Program-made: the position numbers and the translations under genes
Notes under the pieces: generated by a model
The model's input: the letters and a program-made list of their open reading frames with translations, nothing else
The model's database searches: none
What the model was told of the DNA's origin: nothing
In this document: one piece after another, positions 40,901 to 51,719 of the stretch
Layout of the letters: each line of letters begins with the position of its first letter
Numbering within the stretch: position 1 is the stretch's first letter
Origin: Chromera velia
Taxonomy: Eukaryota
Direction of reading: 5' to 3'
DNA length: 56,213 bases
Assembly (NCBI GenBank): GCA_018398765.1
Contig: JAHBMJ010000108.1
Coordinates: 1-56,213 of the forward strand

Positions 40901-43126
40901 TTTCTTTCTGATTCTGTGAATGTGGCTGTCTTCCCCCCTTGTCCTTGCACTCGTTGTGTCCCCTGCTCTTTCTCATGGTCATGCTTATCCTCCTCCCTTC
41001 TCTCTCTTTTCGTTGGCCCTGTATATGAGTGAGTGTTTGTGTGTTATCCAGTGTCTGTGGCTGCGAATTCTTGCAGGCCGTTTGTGACGGTGTGATGCTG
41101 ACAGGGCGTCTTCGGCTTTTGATGAAACACCACGAGACGTCCAAAGAAGAAATCAGAAAAGTGTACGAGAAGCTAAAAGAGAGACAAGAGTACCTCGAGG
41201 CAGTCGAACTGGTGAGTCCTTCTGTATTTTTTCCTTTGCTAAGCAGTCAGGCAGAGTGTAAGTGCGTCAATGTGACTCCGTTTTGGATGAAAAACACGCC
41301 ATTCAAGAAAGTTTCGTTGCATCCTCTCCCGTTTTTGTGTGCGGGTTGTCGTGTATATCTGTTGGAGATCGTGCTCTTTGTCTGTACGCAATCCACTTCA
41401 AGCCGTCAATTTCTCTCCTTTCTTCGTTTTTCCAATCCTTTCTTCCCGTTCTTTGTTTTTTTTTCTTAAGACCATCTTGAACTTGCTTTGTTCCACCAGC
41501 CCTTTCAAATCAGAATTCTTTCTAGAGACTTCTCGAATAAAGACCCCCTAATTCTTTTCTGCATGCCCCCACGCAGAGCGTTTCTCGTGTGTCGAAGGAG
41601 GTCTCTGCTCTCCAAGACGGCATTGACTTTCTCAGGCTCAAGGGCACAGGCATGCTGGCGGGGAAGCTGGGGGCTCAGAGAGACCTGCCATCCCAGTGGC
41701 AGCAAAGGAACGAGAAGGTGGAAGTCGACGAGGAAGAAGACGAAAAGAGAAGAAAAAGGGTCAGGCAGAAGAATTCACCCACGCTGCGGGTGTGATTTGG
41801 TCTGCAGAATTTTGGGCGAATAAGGAGAAGAAGAGGCAAAGAATACTACAAGCGCTTCGAAAAAAAAGAGGAAAGACGGAGATATTGACGGACAGTACCA
41901 GAAGACAGAGAGGCTGATGAATGAAAGCATGAGAAACGAATGCAGTGATTTGTTCAAGAAAAACGCTTGCCGAAATCTATGTTTGCTTCTTCTCTCAACC
42001 TCTTAACCTCCTAACTTGCTTCATTCCAGCTCGCTTTTTCTCATCTCATACCTGCCCCCCCGTCTGCCCCTTCATCTCATATGCATGCAGAAAGAGTTCT
42101 ACAAGCAAATGGAGGAGAGGAGACGGCAGAAATGGGAGGCTCTAGAAGTTAGTCAATCCGCCTGTTTTTCTTTTCGTGTCAGTTTCCGATCGTTCCCTTT
42201 CCCCTCTTTCCTCTTTCCTCTCTCCAGCTCAATCTGCAAAAGCTTGGAAATGCGTTTCTTTCATTCGTCCGTCCGTTTGCTTACTGCCTGCCTCTGCTTG
42301 TCTTTCCTTCTGGTGCTCTTGCGTCACTCTTTTCCAAATCCGTCCTCTTTCTCTTGTGCACCCTCGTGTTGTCAGTCTTTTCGCCCTTTCCCCTTCTCTC
42401 TTTCCTCGCCACACTTCGTCTGCGCCTCGCCACTGCCCCTCCCCACACACAACCACACACTATACAACGCAGGAAGAGAAGCGAAAGATCGAGAGCGGAG
42501 AGGCCGAGGAGGCAGGCGACGTGGTCAAAGACTACTGGAAGGAACTCGACGCACAGGCACGGGTCGAGGTCAGAGAGAAATCAAGAGACGGATCGAGCGA
42601 ATTTGAATTGAGAAAATCAGGGCAACGGGAAGAGTTTACAAAAAGCTTCAATGCTTCCGGACATTTGTCTATGGGATTGGGTGGCGGTCTCGATTCTTGG
42701 TGACTTCAATGTCTCTTTTCAGACATTGAACGAAAGCTCAATGATTACATGGAGGCATCACCGGAGCCTCCCCCTCAATGTACGAGAAAGAAAATATCGG
42801 CGCAGAGAAATCCATGACATTCGATTTGTCTTTTCTCCATTTCTATCTCCTCTCTCCCGGTCAAGCACTTACCCGCACAAGAAGCACTCACTGACTGACT
42901 CCTCACCCCTTCGTTCCCTCTGCAGACCGACGACAAGGCCCCCGCGGTGACCCCCTTCCGACTGGATGTCGAGGACGACATGAAGTTAGCTCGGCATGCT
43001 CAGCGAAAGAGAGCGGCCATGTTGGGGAACGACAAGAAGAAGGAAGAGAAGGCATTGAAGGGGGCAGACTGGGGAGGAGGGCAGGGGTCGTCGTCGTCGG
43101 ACGATGGGAACGACTACGACTGGTCG

Positions 43127-43160
<34 letters not shown>

Positions 43161-44196
43161 TTTCTCTCTCTGCGTGTTCCTCTGTGTATCTCTCTGTCTG
43201 CATCTCTCTGTGTGACTCTGTCTATCTGCCTATGTATCTATCTATCTCTATCTATCTCTATCTATCTATCTATCTATCTATCTGCCGCTCTGTGTGTCCC
43301 TATCGGAAATGATGTATAGTCTGTCTCTCTCTGAGTGGCTAGACTTTTGTATGGTTGAGTAACCAGTCGATATGGTACGGGTGGGTGCAAAGATTTTGTT
43401 TTGTAGAAGATTTTAGGTGAAAAAGGCAAGATATGTGGAAAGGACAAAAAAAGTCGGATTGATTGAACATACAGGAATTGACCCCTGGCTGGACGATCGA
43501 CTCGGTCTGGAGAATTCATTTTCATTCCCCCCTTTTGTAATTCAAATTCTCTTCTTTCTTGCCTCAACACTTCCAGACCAACACCGGAACCACCTGGGAG
43601 GGAAATCTGGGGGAGGTTTTTTGTTTTTGAAACAAATGCATGTCTTGATGATTCTTTCATTGCTTTCTTTTCTTGCAGGAATGCTGCACGAGACAGATAC
43701 GGAGGAGAGTTCGGTGGTCGTGATGTGGTTGCATATGAGGCCAAAAAGGATGCCCATCTGAAGCAGGAGGATTTCGAAAAACGACGCAAGTCAGTGCTAC
43801 AAGCGGGAGGGAGGGAGGACATTCAGAATGAAACGACTCGTTGTGCTTTCTCTCTGCCTTTAGGAAAAGTGTCGAGAAAAGATATTGGAATCAAACCAGA
43901 ATTCCCATCTTTCTCTTCCACGCAGAAATCATTCTAGTGCAGACATGTCGTCCTCGTCTGCGTGAAGTGATTGTGTCGCTGCCGGCTGACTGAAGATTCT
44001 TTTGATTTCTGGACTTGCATGTCGGACTCGCCCGAATGACCGACTGAGTAGTTTGCTGTCTGGCTGACTCATTGACTGATTGACTGATTGACTATAATTG
44101 GCTCGCTTACGAAGTTGCTTTTGAGGGAGAACCAGTTTCATGACCCCATTTTTCTTATTTCCCCGTCCACCAACACGTGTGTGTATGTGTGTATGT

Positions 44197-44234
<38 letters not shown>

Positions 44235-44707
44235 GTGTATGAGGGAGAGAGCACGTGCAGGTTTGTGAATGAGGAGGACGAGGAGATGCTTTCTGTGAAG
44301 GACGGGGAGAGAGTGGATGAGGACAGCAATCTGGGGTCTGAGGACCGACCTGGAGCGGGGATGACGTCGGCTCGGAAGAGGGCATCGGGCTCAGGAAAGG
44401 AAAAGTAAGCAGATCCTTGGAAGGAAGGAAGGAAGGATTCTCAGAGACCTGGCTCTTGTACCCACTCTGGCCCTCGACTCATCGACCTGCATGCTCATTC
44501 TGGGCATTCATCGGGAGCCCTGGCACAACCAAGAGAATGAAACGACCAGACACACAAACAAACAAACAAATACGCAAAGAAACACGATACGAAAGAAAGA
44601 AAGAAAGAAAGAAAGAAAGAAGGAAAGAAAGAAAGAAAGAAAGGAAGGTCCCTGGAAGGAAGGAAGGAAGGAAGGAAAGAAAGAAAGAAAGGAAGGAAGG
44701 AAGGAAG

Positions 44708-44763
<56 letters not shown>

Positions 44764-44776
44764 AAGAAAGAAAGAA

Positions 44777-44808
<32 letters not shown>

Positions 44809-45120
44809 AAAGACGAAGGAAAGAAGAAGGAAGGAATGAAGGAAGAAAGCTGGAAGCAAAGAAACTAGCTGATAGACACACCAGCTGGTGCACCTCTCAA
44901 TGACTTCAGATCCTGTGGCACCTACAATGCATACTCACTGTTTCACGCACTCTGAAGTCTGTATACAATTTTGCTTTTCTGCCTGCGTACATGCAGAGAG
45001 AGAGGTCGAGCACCATCCCTTGGCGCTGCGTCCGCGGTTAGCGACACGCAGGGGCCAATGCAGAGAGCGGCAGTTGGAAGAGCCGCTGCAGACTCTAGTG
45101 ACGACTCTTTTGATGACTAG
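26805..45120 (+). CDS. Polycystin (PKD2/TRPP)-like cation channel with two tandem channel repeats; >30 exons
   Basis: Repeat 1: S1 EYLLYFLFSVVFVWIF, TOP-like VFSWV...EVLLYNGNLDKF, S4 MAIRVLSFLKDFHASFGLVVRTL, pore FLFDPPGFDDL, S6 VPVFVAVVVAAYEE. Repeat 2: PFAVFFFCVTVFFY, TLDGLWDWINQTV, AVRLVKYADVLPQTGMIVRVL, EAFKTLIVSAISCLRMATG, VFFVANNVVIAVLVES. A coiled C-tail follows; the last exon 44997-45120 joins in phase from the donor at 44405. Start and some exon borders are approximate. Confidence 0.75.
32616..32718 (+). repeat. Triplicated exon-intron junction (ttcttctacgtatccagt[a/c]agtc)
   Basis: Three copies separated by T/TTC runs. The phase-compatible donor is at 32634; a perfect duplicate donor is at 32711. 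Confidence 0.85.
44590..44845. repeat. Compound purine microsatellite (GAAA/GGAA/GA) in the last intron of the channel gene
   Basis: Directly visible. Similar tracts at 13892-13970, 14451-14540, 32128-32208, 43230-43282 and 46913-46971. Confidence 0.95.
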
Positions 45121-45573
45121 CTCAGATTTGCTAGCCAGCCGCTGTAAGGTACAGCCCCGACCCGTTCTTTACTCCTTTCCTGCTATCACAAACTCCGAGT
45201 CATCTGTATATCTTTTGCCTTCCTAGGCACTGTGAGTGCAAATGCACTAGTAGCACGTACTGGCAAATGCATCTTCAAGTTTCGAAGGAAACCCGATATA
45301 CCATTCAAGCTTTAGTGTACACATGATTTATATTTAAATTAATTCCTAGATTAATTCATTTGTTTTATGCATAAACTTGAAACTTATGATAAACGCTCAA
45401 TGTTTTTTTTGAAAAACTTTATAATTCATTGACAATGATTATTTAAAATTCTAGTTAAAATTTGTTTGCTACTGTTATCATTGTAGGATTATGATGATTC
45501 AGCATCGTTATCAGCCCAATGATATTGGGTCATAGATAATTATTATTAACTCGATTTTATTTTTTAATGTATT

Positions 45574-45618
<45 letters not shown>

Positions 45619-46126
45619 ACACACACACATGTATATGTTGTCTACAACTAGGTGGCTGCTGGTGAATTTGGGCTAGGAGCATACGACGACAGTAACATGT
45701 AGGTGCACCGTCTAGTACACCGTTCATTAGAGTCCAAGAACTGTCAAGCAGGACATCAAAGGGAAGAACTTGAATACTAAGATTTCATATATGTCATAGG
45801 CTGAAAAAATTAAGTTATTATTAATTTATAAGCGTAACAAATCAATTAATATATAAAACAAAAAACTATTTCAATCATTTTAATTAAAAAAAGAAAAGTT
45901 CAACTCATCATTTCTTTTTAATGAAACACATGCTTTTTCTTCTTTTTTTTCTTTTGATTGTGGTCGAGACGCTCTACTAGTAGGAGACGCTGAGAAAATT
46001 AAGTAGTAAGCTAGGGCGTAAGTCATAACGATTGCGGTTTTTTGATTTAATACAGCCACAGGTCGAAGGGTTTCCACTCTTTCATGCTAGAAAGGAAAAG
46101 CCAGAAGAATCTACATCGGAGAAAAT

Positions 46127-48502
46127 CTATTTTGGCATTGCTCCTACGGCTTTCATGAATGTGACAACCGCCGAGACCCCTTGGAGAACAAGGCCTCCTG
46201 TCTTGATGGTGGGCTCCGGGACGTCCTGGATGTAGCAGATCTTGCCCTCTTCGTTTAGACGGTAGAAGGACATACCTGCATGTGAAAGCAAATTCAAAAG
46301 AGACCGACCAGATGGAAGGAGGAAGGTGGAAGATGAGCAGAAAGGGAAGAAGGGCATCAGAAGAAGATATTCAGGGGTCCGGATTTTGTTCGGGCGGAGT
46401 ATGTTGCTCGAACAAGACCCGATCGGATGGAGCGGTTCACCAACCAGATGCAGCGTGACTATAATAGTCGGTTCCCCACCGGCAATTCGGCATGCTGCAC
46501 TCTCTGCTGCGATGAGTACCTCCTCTACACCACAGGAAAAACGCAAAGCAGGGCTGCGACGTTCCAAGTCCGCCAGCTGCTTGAGAAGGAGAGGGAGGTG
46601 CTGATGAACTGGATGGATGGATGGATTGATTGATTGGTTGAGTGATCAATAGATAGCAATCCGGCCGGATACATTGGATGATCGATCGAGCCCTCATCCA
46701 TCCACACAGCCCCCTATCCCTGCAGGCTGGCTGACTGACTGACTGACTGACCCCTGACGAGTCTCCTCCCAGGCTCGCTCTCCAATTCACAGTGCCAGGT
46801 GAATCCGCAGGCCTTCTTGCCGTCAGAGATCTCATCCAGTTTGAACACGAACCCGGGAGGGGCCGCTTCTTTGGTCTTGATCAGAAAGTCTCGAACCTTC
46901 AAAGCGTTGAAGCAAACAAACAAACAAACAAACAAACAAACAAACAAACAAACAAACAAACAAACAAACAACGTAGAAAACTAAGAGGGCAGAGACGGAA
47001 CGAAAGAGAGACGGGGGGGGGGAAAGGGGGGCGGGGGAGAGGGGCGGGTGGGCGACAGACAGGAAGCTAGCGGGAGAGCGAACGAGATAGACAGATAGAG
47101 AGAGACAGAGTGTGAGGAGAGGGAGAAAGAGAAACAAACAAAAACTCTGCAGTCAATGCACGCACTCCTCTTCTCTCCTCTCCTCTATTTTCCTTTCCTC
47201 TCCCTTCCTTCTCGCTGAGTGGGTGTCTGGTCGAATGAGCGACTGCCTGACACAAACGAACCTGTTCGAGACCCACGAAGGGCTCTGAGTAGATCATGTC
47301 TTCATACACGATGTCGTCGCTCATGAACTGAAGGGCGCCGTCGGGGTACGAACCCTCGTCCTGGAGGGTCGTCCACATGTATCTGCAATTATGCATCCGT
47401 GCATTCATTTTCATACAGAATTCTTTTGTATGAATGCATACACCCTCGTCCACATGTATCTGCAATTATGCATCCGTGCATTCATTTTCATACAGAATTC
47501 TTTTGTATGAATGCATACACCCTCGTCCACATGTATCTGCAATCATGCATCCTTGCATTCATTTTCATACAGAATTCTTTTGTATGAATGCATACACCCT
47601 CGTCCACATGTATCTGCAATCATGCATCCGTGCATGCAGGCAGGAATGTTCCTGCGTGCTTCTCGTCAGTCATTGTGTTTCCGCACAAACAGGCAAACAG
47701 GCAGAGAGAAGGACTTGATCAAGACCTCAAACGAATAGGTGTTTCCACTTTCTGGTCTATGCCTCATGCTCTCCCTCCTCTCGTTTTGTCGTCGTTTCAC
47801 GTTGAGGTTACCCAGAAACTTCCTTCCAAACAATGCGACTCCGCTCCGCTTTCCCCCGCACGAAAACAAAACAAAAATGATGCCCGAAAATGACCATGCA
47901 TTCAGGAGATCGGCCATGCATGCTGCAGCCGGCAAGCGAGGAGTCAATTGTCGGGGGGTCAGCCACTAGCTCGATCAGTAGGCAATCGGATGCTTGATGG
48001 ATCGCATGCTTATCTGTCAGTGACTCAGATCATCGGCAGGCTACCATTCCTGCTAATGGTGTCTGCGGATGAGTGCACGACAACGGAGTCTGCGTAGGAC
48101 CACTGCAAGAAAGCACTTGGGCAGGCCTGTTCCCGTCTCCCTTCATTCGTCCAGTCACATCCAACTACATTCGGAAAGGTCCGACACCCGGCACGCTTGA
48201 GCTCACCTTACAATTTCATCGCACCGAGCCTTTCCAGCCACAGGCGGCTTCTCCCTGGCCGTTTCCTCTGCAGTGTCAGAGGGGAGGCCTCGGAGGCGGC
48301 TGAAGGGGTCCAGAAGATCTGAGGAGACGGCTCCCTTGAACTTTCCCGTCTCCGTCTGAGTCCCAAGAAAGTTTCGCCTCAATCTGTACGCAGGCGATTG
48401 TGAGTCGAGGGGACCTGCGTATAAGCGTGTGGTGCTGAGGGTGAAGCCTCCGACTCCACACAGACTTAGGGACGCTGCTAGAAGGGCAAGAACAAGACTC
48501 AT
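46127..48502 (-). CDS. Plastid-targeted SnoaL-like/NTF2-family protein (~236 aa)
   Basis: Exons 48502-48207, 47382-47262, 46896-46752, 46275-46127 (711 nt, phase-consistent). Signal MSLVLALLAASLSLCGVGG|F plus an S/T/R-rich transit peptide. Domain DDIVYEDMIYSEPFVG..VRDFL...F.LDEISDG..ACGFTWHCE...RGMSFYRLNEEGKICYIQDVPEP is typical of phototroph SnoaL-like proteins. Confidence 0.85.
47370..47634. repeat. 77-bp tandem repeat (~3.4 copies) containing the exon-2 splice acceptor and a small hairpin
   Basis: gtccacatgtatctgcaat... starts at 47371, 47448, 47525 and 47602; each full unit has ttcataca-gaattcttt-tgtatgaa. Confidence 0.95.
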
Positions 48503-48708
48503 GGCGCTGTTCGTCGAAGCTTCTGTATGGAGAAGGCTATGCTCACTTGCGGGTGATGGAGGATCCAAACTCTCTGAACCGGAAACGCATATCACCAGCG
48601 ATATGGACACCTGTTTTCCGACCACCAGCTTCCGTCTTGTACACTGTGCGGCTATGACACTTCACGAAGTTTCGATCTGACACAGGGACGTCCTTCACGG
48701 TCCGTCTA

Positions 48709-48863
48709 TATGCATGCATGGTCCGCGTCTACCATCATGCACGCTTGACATATACATGCTCCGCGATCAGGCTGCTGCCGAGCGGCCCGCCCCCCGCGCA
48801 CGCGCCATTCAGCTCATGCATGAATTAATGCAGCGCCCCGCGCCGCGGCCGCGCGCCCCTCGC
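48709..48863. promoter_or_regulatory. TGCATGCA plus CG-rich island upstream of the 48502 start
   Basis: atgcatgcatg at ~48709, then gccgagcggcccgccccccgcgcacgcgcc...cgccccgcgccgcggccgcgcgcccc. Role inferred from recurrence and position. Confidence 0.45.
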
Positions 48864-48902
48864 ACAGTCATGAGACGGCTACCGTACGCTACTAACCTAT
48901 TC

Positions 48903-49426
48903 AATGTTAGCGCAACACGGCATGTACACGGCATGTCTTTGGGGCCACGGTCAGAGCTAGCCGATTTTGATTGATCGATCGAGATTTCGATTGACGTGTA
49001 CGTTCGCAACAGTGCAGTGCAGAAACCGAACTGACCGTTTGTCTAGGGAAAGAACCAAACCAACAGAACTTTTGAATGTGTTAAGAAGAGATCTGTGAGT
49101 TCTAGACTTCAGGAACAGTCAGAGTTGATCCTAGAAGTAGTAAAAAAGATAGTAAGACAGATTGTATTCATATCATAGATCTTTTTTACTACTTCTAGGA
49201 TCAACTCTGACTGTTCCTGAAGTCTAGAGCTCACAGATCCCTTCTCAACACATTCAGAAGTTCTGTTGGTTTGGTTCTTTCCCTAGACAAACGATCAGTT
49301 CGGTTTCTGCACTGTACTGTTGCGAACGTACACGTTAATTGAAATCTTGATCGATCAATCAAAATTGGCTAGCTCTGACTGTGGCCCTAAAGACATGCCG
49401 TGTACATGCCGTATTGCGCTAACATT
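48903..49426. repeat. Long inverted repeat (foldback/MITE-like): 248-bp arms, 28-nt loop
   Basis: Left arm 48903-49150 is the reverse complement of 49179-49426, with 13 substitutions and no indels by manual alignment. Termini aaTGTTAG...CTAACAtt. Confidence 0.95.
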
Positions 49427-49659
49427 CCCCCCTCAATCAAGCGTTTCACTGCAAGCTTGATTACAAACCGTCCAAACGCAAGAAAAATGAATCAACAGAA
49501 ACGACATTCTCATTAGCTATCCTTATAAGGCGACCTAAGATAGCAAGTTCAGACACCAAGTAATGAGAGCGTCATTTCAGCAGTTACACACCCGCTCACG
49601 AAGTCATTAACTTGTAGGGCATCTAAACTGTGTTCTGTTATCGTTGAGTAGTTCGATCA

Positions 49660-50843
49660 TATCATCAAGTTAGACATCCACATGTATGTCCGCTTTCCAC
49701 ATGTATGTCCGCTTTCTCAATCGTGAATGTAGAAGGCAGTGTCCTCTCCCCGTTTGACTTTGAACTTCTCTCCCAGCCCCTATTCTGAATCTTCCACCTC
49801 CTTCGTTCAGGTCTTGCTTTTCCTCCTTGCTTCCCCCTCTTTTTCTTATTCTTTCTGCAACTACCTTCTGTCTTTGCACTTATTCCTTCCACTTACATGT
49901 TGTTGTCTGTTTTTTCTGTCCCTTTGTTTTCTTTGTCTGTCTTTTTTGCTTGTTTCAGTCGTTCATCTCTCCTTTTACTCACTTTGTCAGTCTTCCTGTT
50001 GATCATTTGGTTATGATCCCGTTGTTCAATCTAGTGTTCAATTGTTCTCTCACTTAAAGTCCCCTTTCTTAGCCCCTTTCTGTCATTCTATCAATCCTTC
50101 CTTCAGTCATTCTGTCAATTCTTTCTTCAGTCATTCTGTCAATTCTTCCTTCAATCATTCTTTTAATCCTCCCTTCAATTTTTCTTTCAATCCTTCCTTT
50201 AATCATTCTTTCAATCTTTTTTTCAATCATTCTGTCCATCTTCTCTTCATTCATTCCTTCTTCTCCTTTTTGCTCACTGCTGCTCATCTTTTTCTCTTTT
50301 AGTTTGCTTCTTTCTTTCTCTCTAACTCTAACCCACGGCGAAATCTGAACTTAAACCGGCGGAGCTTGCTCGGCGCCCCACAAACTCAGTGTCTCAAAGT
50401 CTGCAGGTTCTGCCAGTACAGTCTCTGGTTGTCCTACTGCCAACACCCATTCAAGTCAGTCCCGTATCTGCCTGAAGCAGCCCGTATACAGGTCAAAGAT
50501 CTCTACTCCTTCTCCCCAAGAGCGGATGTGAACAACCCTCCCCGGCCTATCTGCAGACCACAAAGGATTAAACACGACCCGACATCTGCCTCGAAAAACA
50601 TTTGTCGCCCTGTCTGCTGCAGACAAGTTGTGCACTGGTCTGAGACTCCCGTTTCTAAATCCTTGTTGCTACATTCCTTTGCGCTGTTCAAAGCTAAGCT
50701 GAGTCTTAAGATATCTCTGCTCGAAGGCATATGGACGTCGCAATATGATCTGCTCTGCTAACTCTACTCAACTCTCTGAGCGATCCGTCTATACTGAAGA
50801 TCATGTCGACGGTTCGAGCCCGCCTGGGAGCACCACCGAGATG
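49660..50843 (-). mobile_element. Possible decayed LTR-retrotransposon 5' region (PBS-like site, leader, degenerate coiled-coil ORF)
   Basis: The minus strand reads ...AAACA-TCTCGG-TGGTGCTCCCAGGCGGGCTCGAACC (complement of a CCA-bearing tRNA 3' end). About 500 bp later comes an A-rich ORF (50287-50069) with 8-aa repeats (IERMIEGR) and many stops after it. No pol motifs seen. Confidence 0.4.
50805..50835 (+). other. tRNA 3'-half fragment including CCA (T-arm + acceptor 3' strand); not a complete tRNA gene
   Basis: GACGG-TTCGAGC-CCGCC (T-arm, one mismatch), TGGGAGC (7-nt acceptor strand), A, CCA. No matching 5' acceptor strand or D-arm upstream. Confidence 0.7.
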
Positions 50844-51719
50844 TTTCATAGTGTGTACTCAGTTCTAGGCTAGAGACGAGAGATTGTACAATGGAGTTAG
50901 CTTTACATAGGAGTTGATTGTTCCTACTTCAGAAATTCTATCTGTTCTGCCTCACTTTGTACTTTTGTGCTCTAATTGCTCAGACTTTTCCTGTCTGATT
51001 CAAATGTATGCATGCACTTTGATCAATCTGCATTCGAGACTTATCCGGTTGGAAACGTAATGCATCTGGCTTGATTCTTTTGATTTTGCTCTGCATACGC
51101 GCATTCTCCCGTGCTTTGGTCAATCAGTTAGTCAGGCGGCGGCGGGATACTGAGATATCGGACCCAACCGGGCTGAACTTCTCATAAGTTTGAAGCAAAT
51201 TGAGTACCCTGCCAGTGGTTTTGATTCAAGCCACACATCGGATATTTGACATTAGAGTCAGAGGCCAATGAAATGCCACCATACAATCTAATGCAATCCT
51301 TCACCAGCCAGATATATAAATCCTACACTTTATCCTATTAATTATATTTAATTTAGGTACTAAAAGCCGGAAGCTATGGGCACCACACATAAAAAAAAAA
51401 AAGCTTTTCCAACTTTTTTTTTATAAGGGCAAAAGTTAGATATACATGCATTCTCTGTAGAAAAATATATGTTTTTGACAGACTATGACAGTCAAAAGTC
51501 GGAAAGTGTTTCTTTCTTTTGGCAAACCTCCCTAAACCTAAGTACCAGTTAAAAAAATATAATCAAGATGATCTCTATCTGCGGCATCGTTTTTTAAGAG
51601 ACCGTCCATGCCTGCGGCGTAGACGGTCAAGACACCGTCCAGATATGTGGCTTTGTCTTTCAAGGCACCATAAATGATCTACGCCTGCGGCGCGAACTTT
51701 CAAGCTTATCTAAAAATGC

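Noticed and set aside
44261..44408. TAA at 44406-44408 as the channel gene stop
   Set aside because: It overlaps a consensus donor (aa|gtaagc) that joins in phase to a further exon at 44997-45120.
44417..44893. KERK/FLSF-rich ORFs (and similar THTH/CVCV/SLSL ORFs across the window)
   Set aside because: Stop-free translations of intronic microsatellites.
47370..47634. Hairpin-containing 77-bp repeats as CRISPR-like repeat-spacer units
   Set aside because: The intervening sequences are identical copies, so this is a tandem duplication.
50750..50835. Complete tRNA gene (CTGAAGA resembles a Phe anticodon loop)
   Set aside because: No complementary 5' acceptor strand, D-arm or anticodon stem; only the 3' ~30 nt fit.
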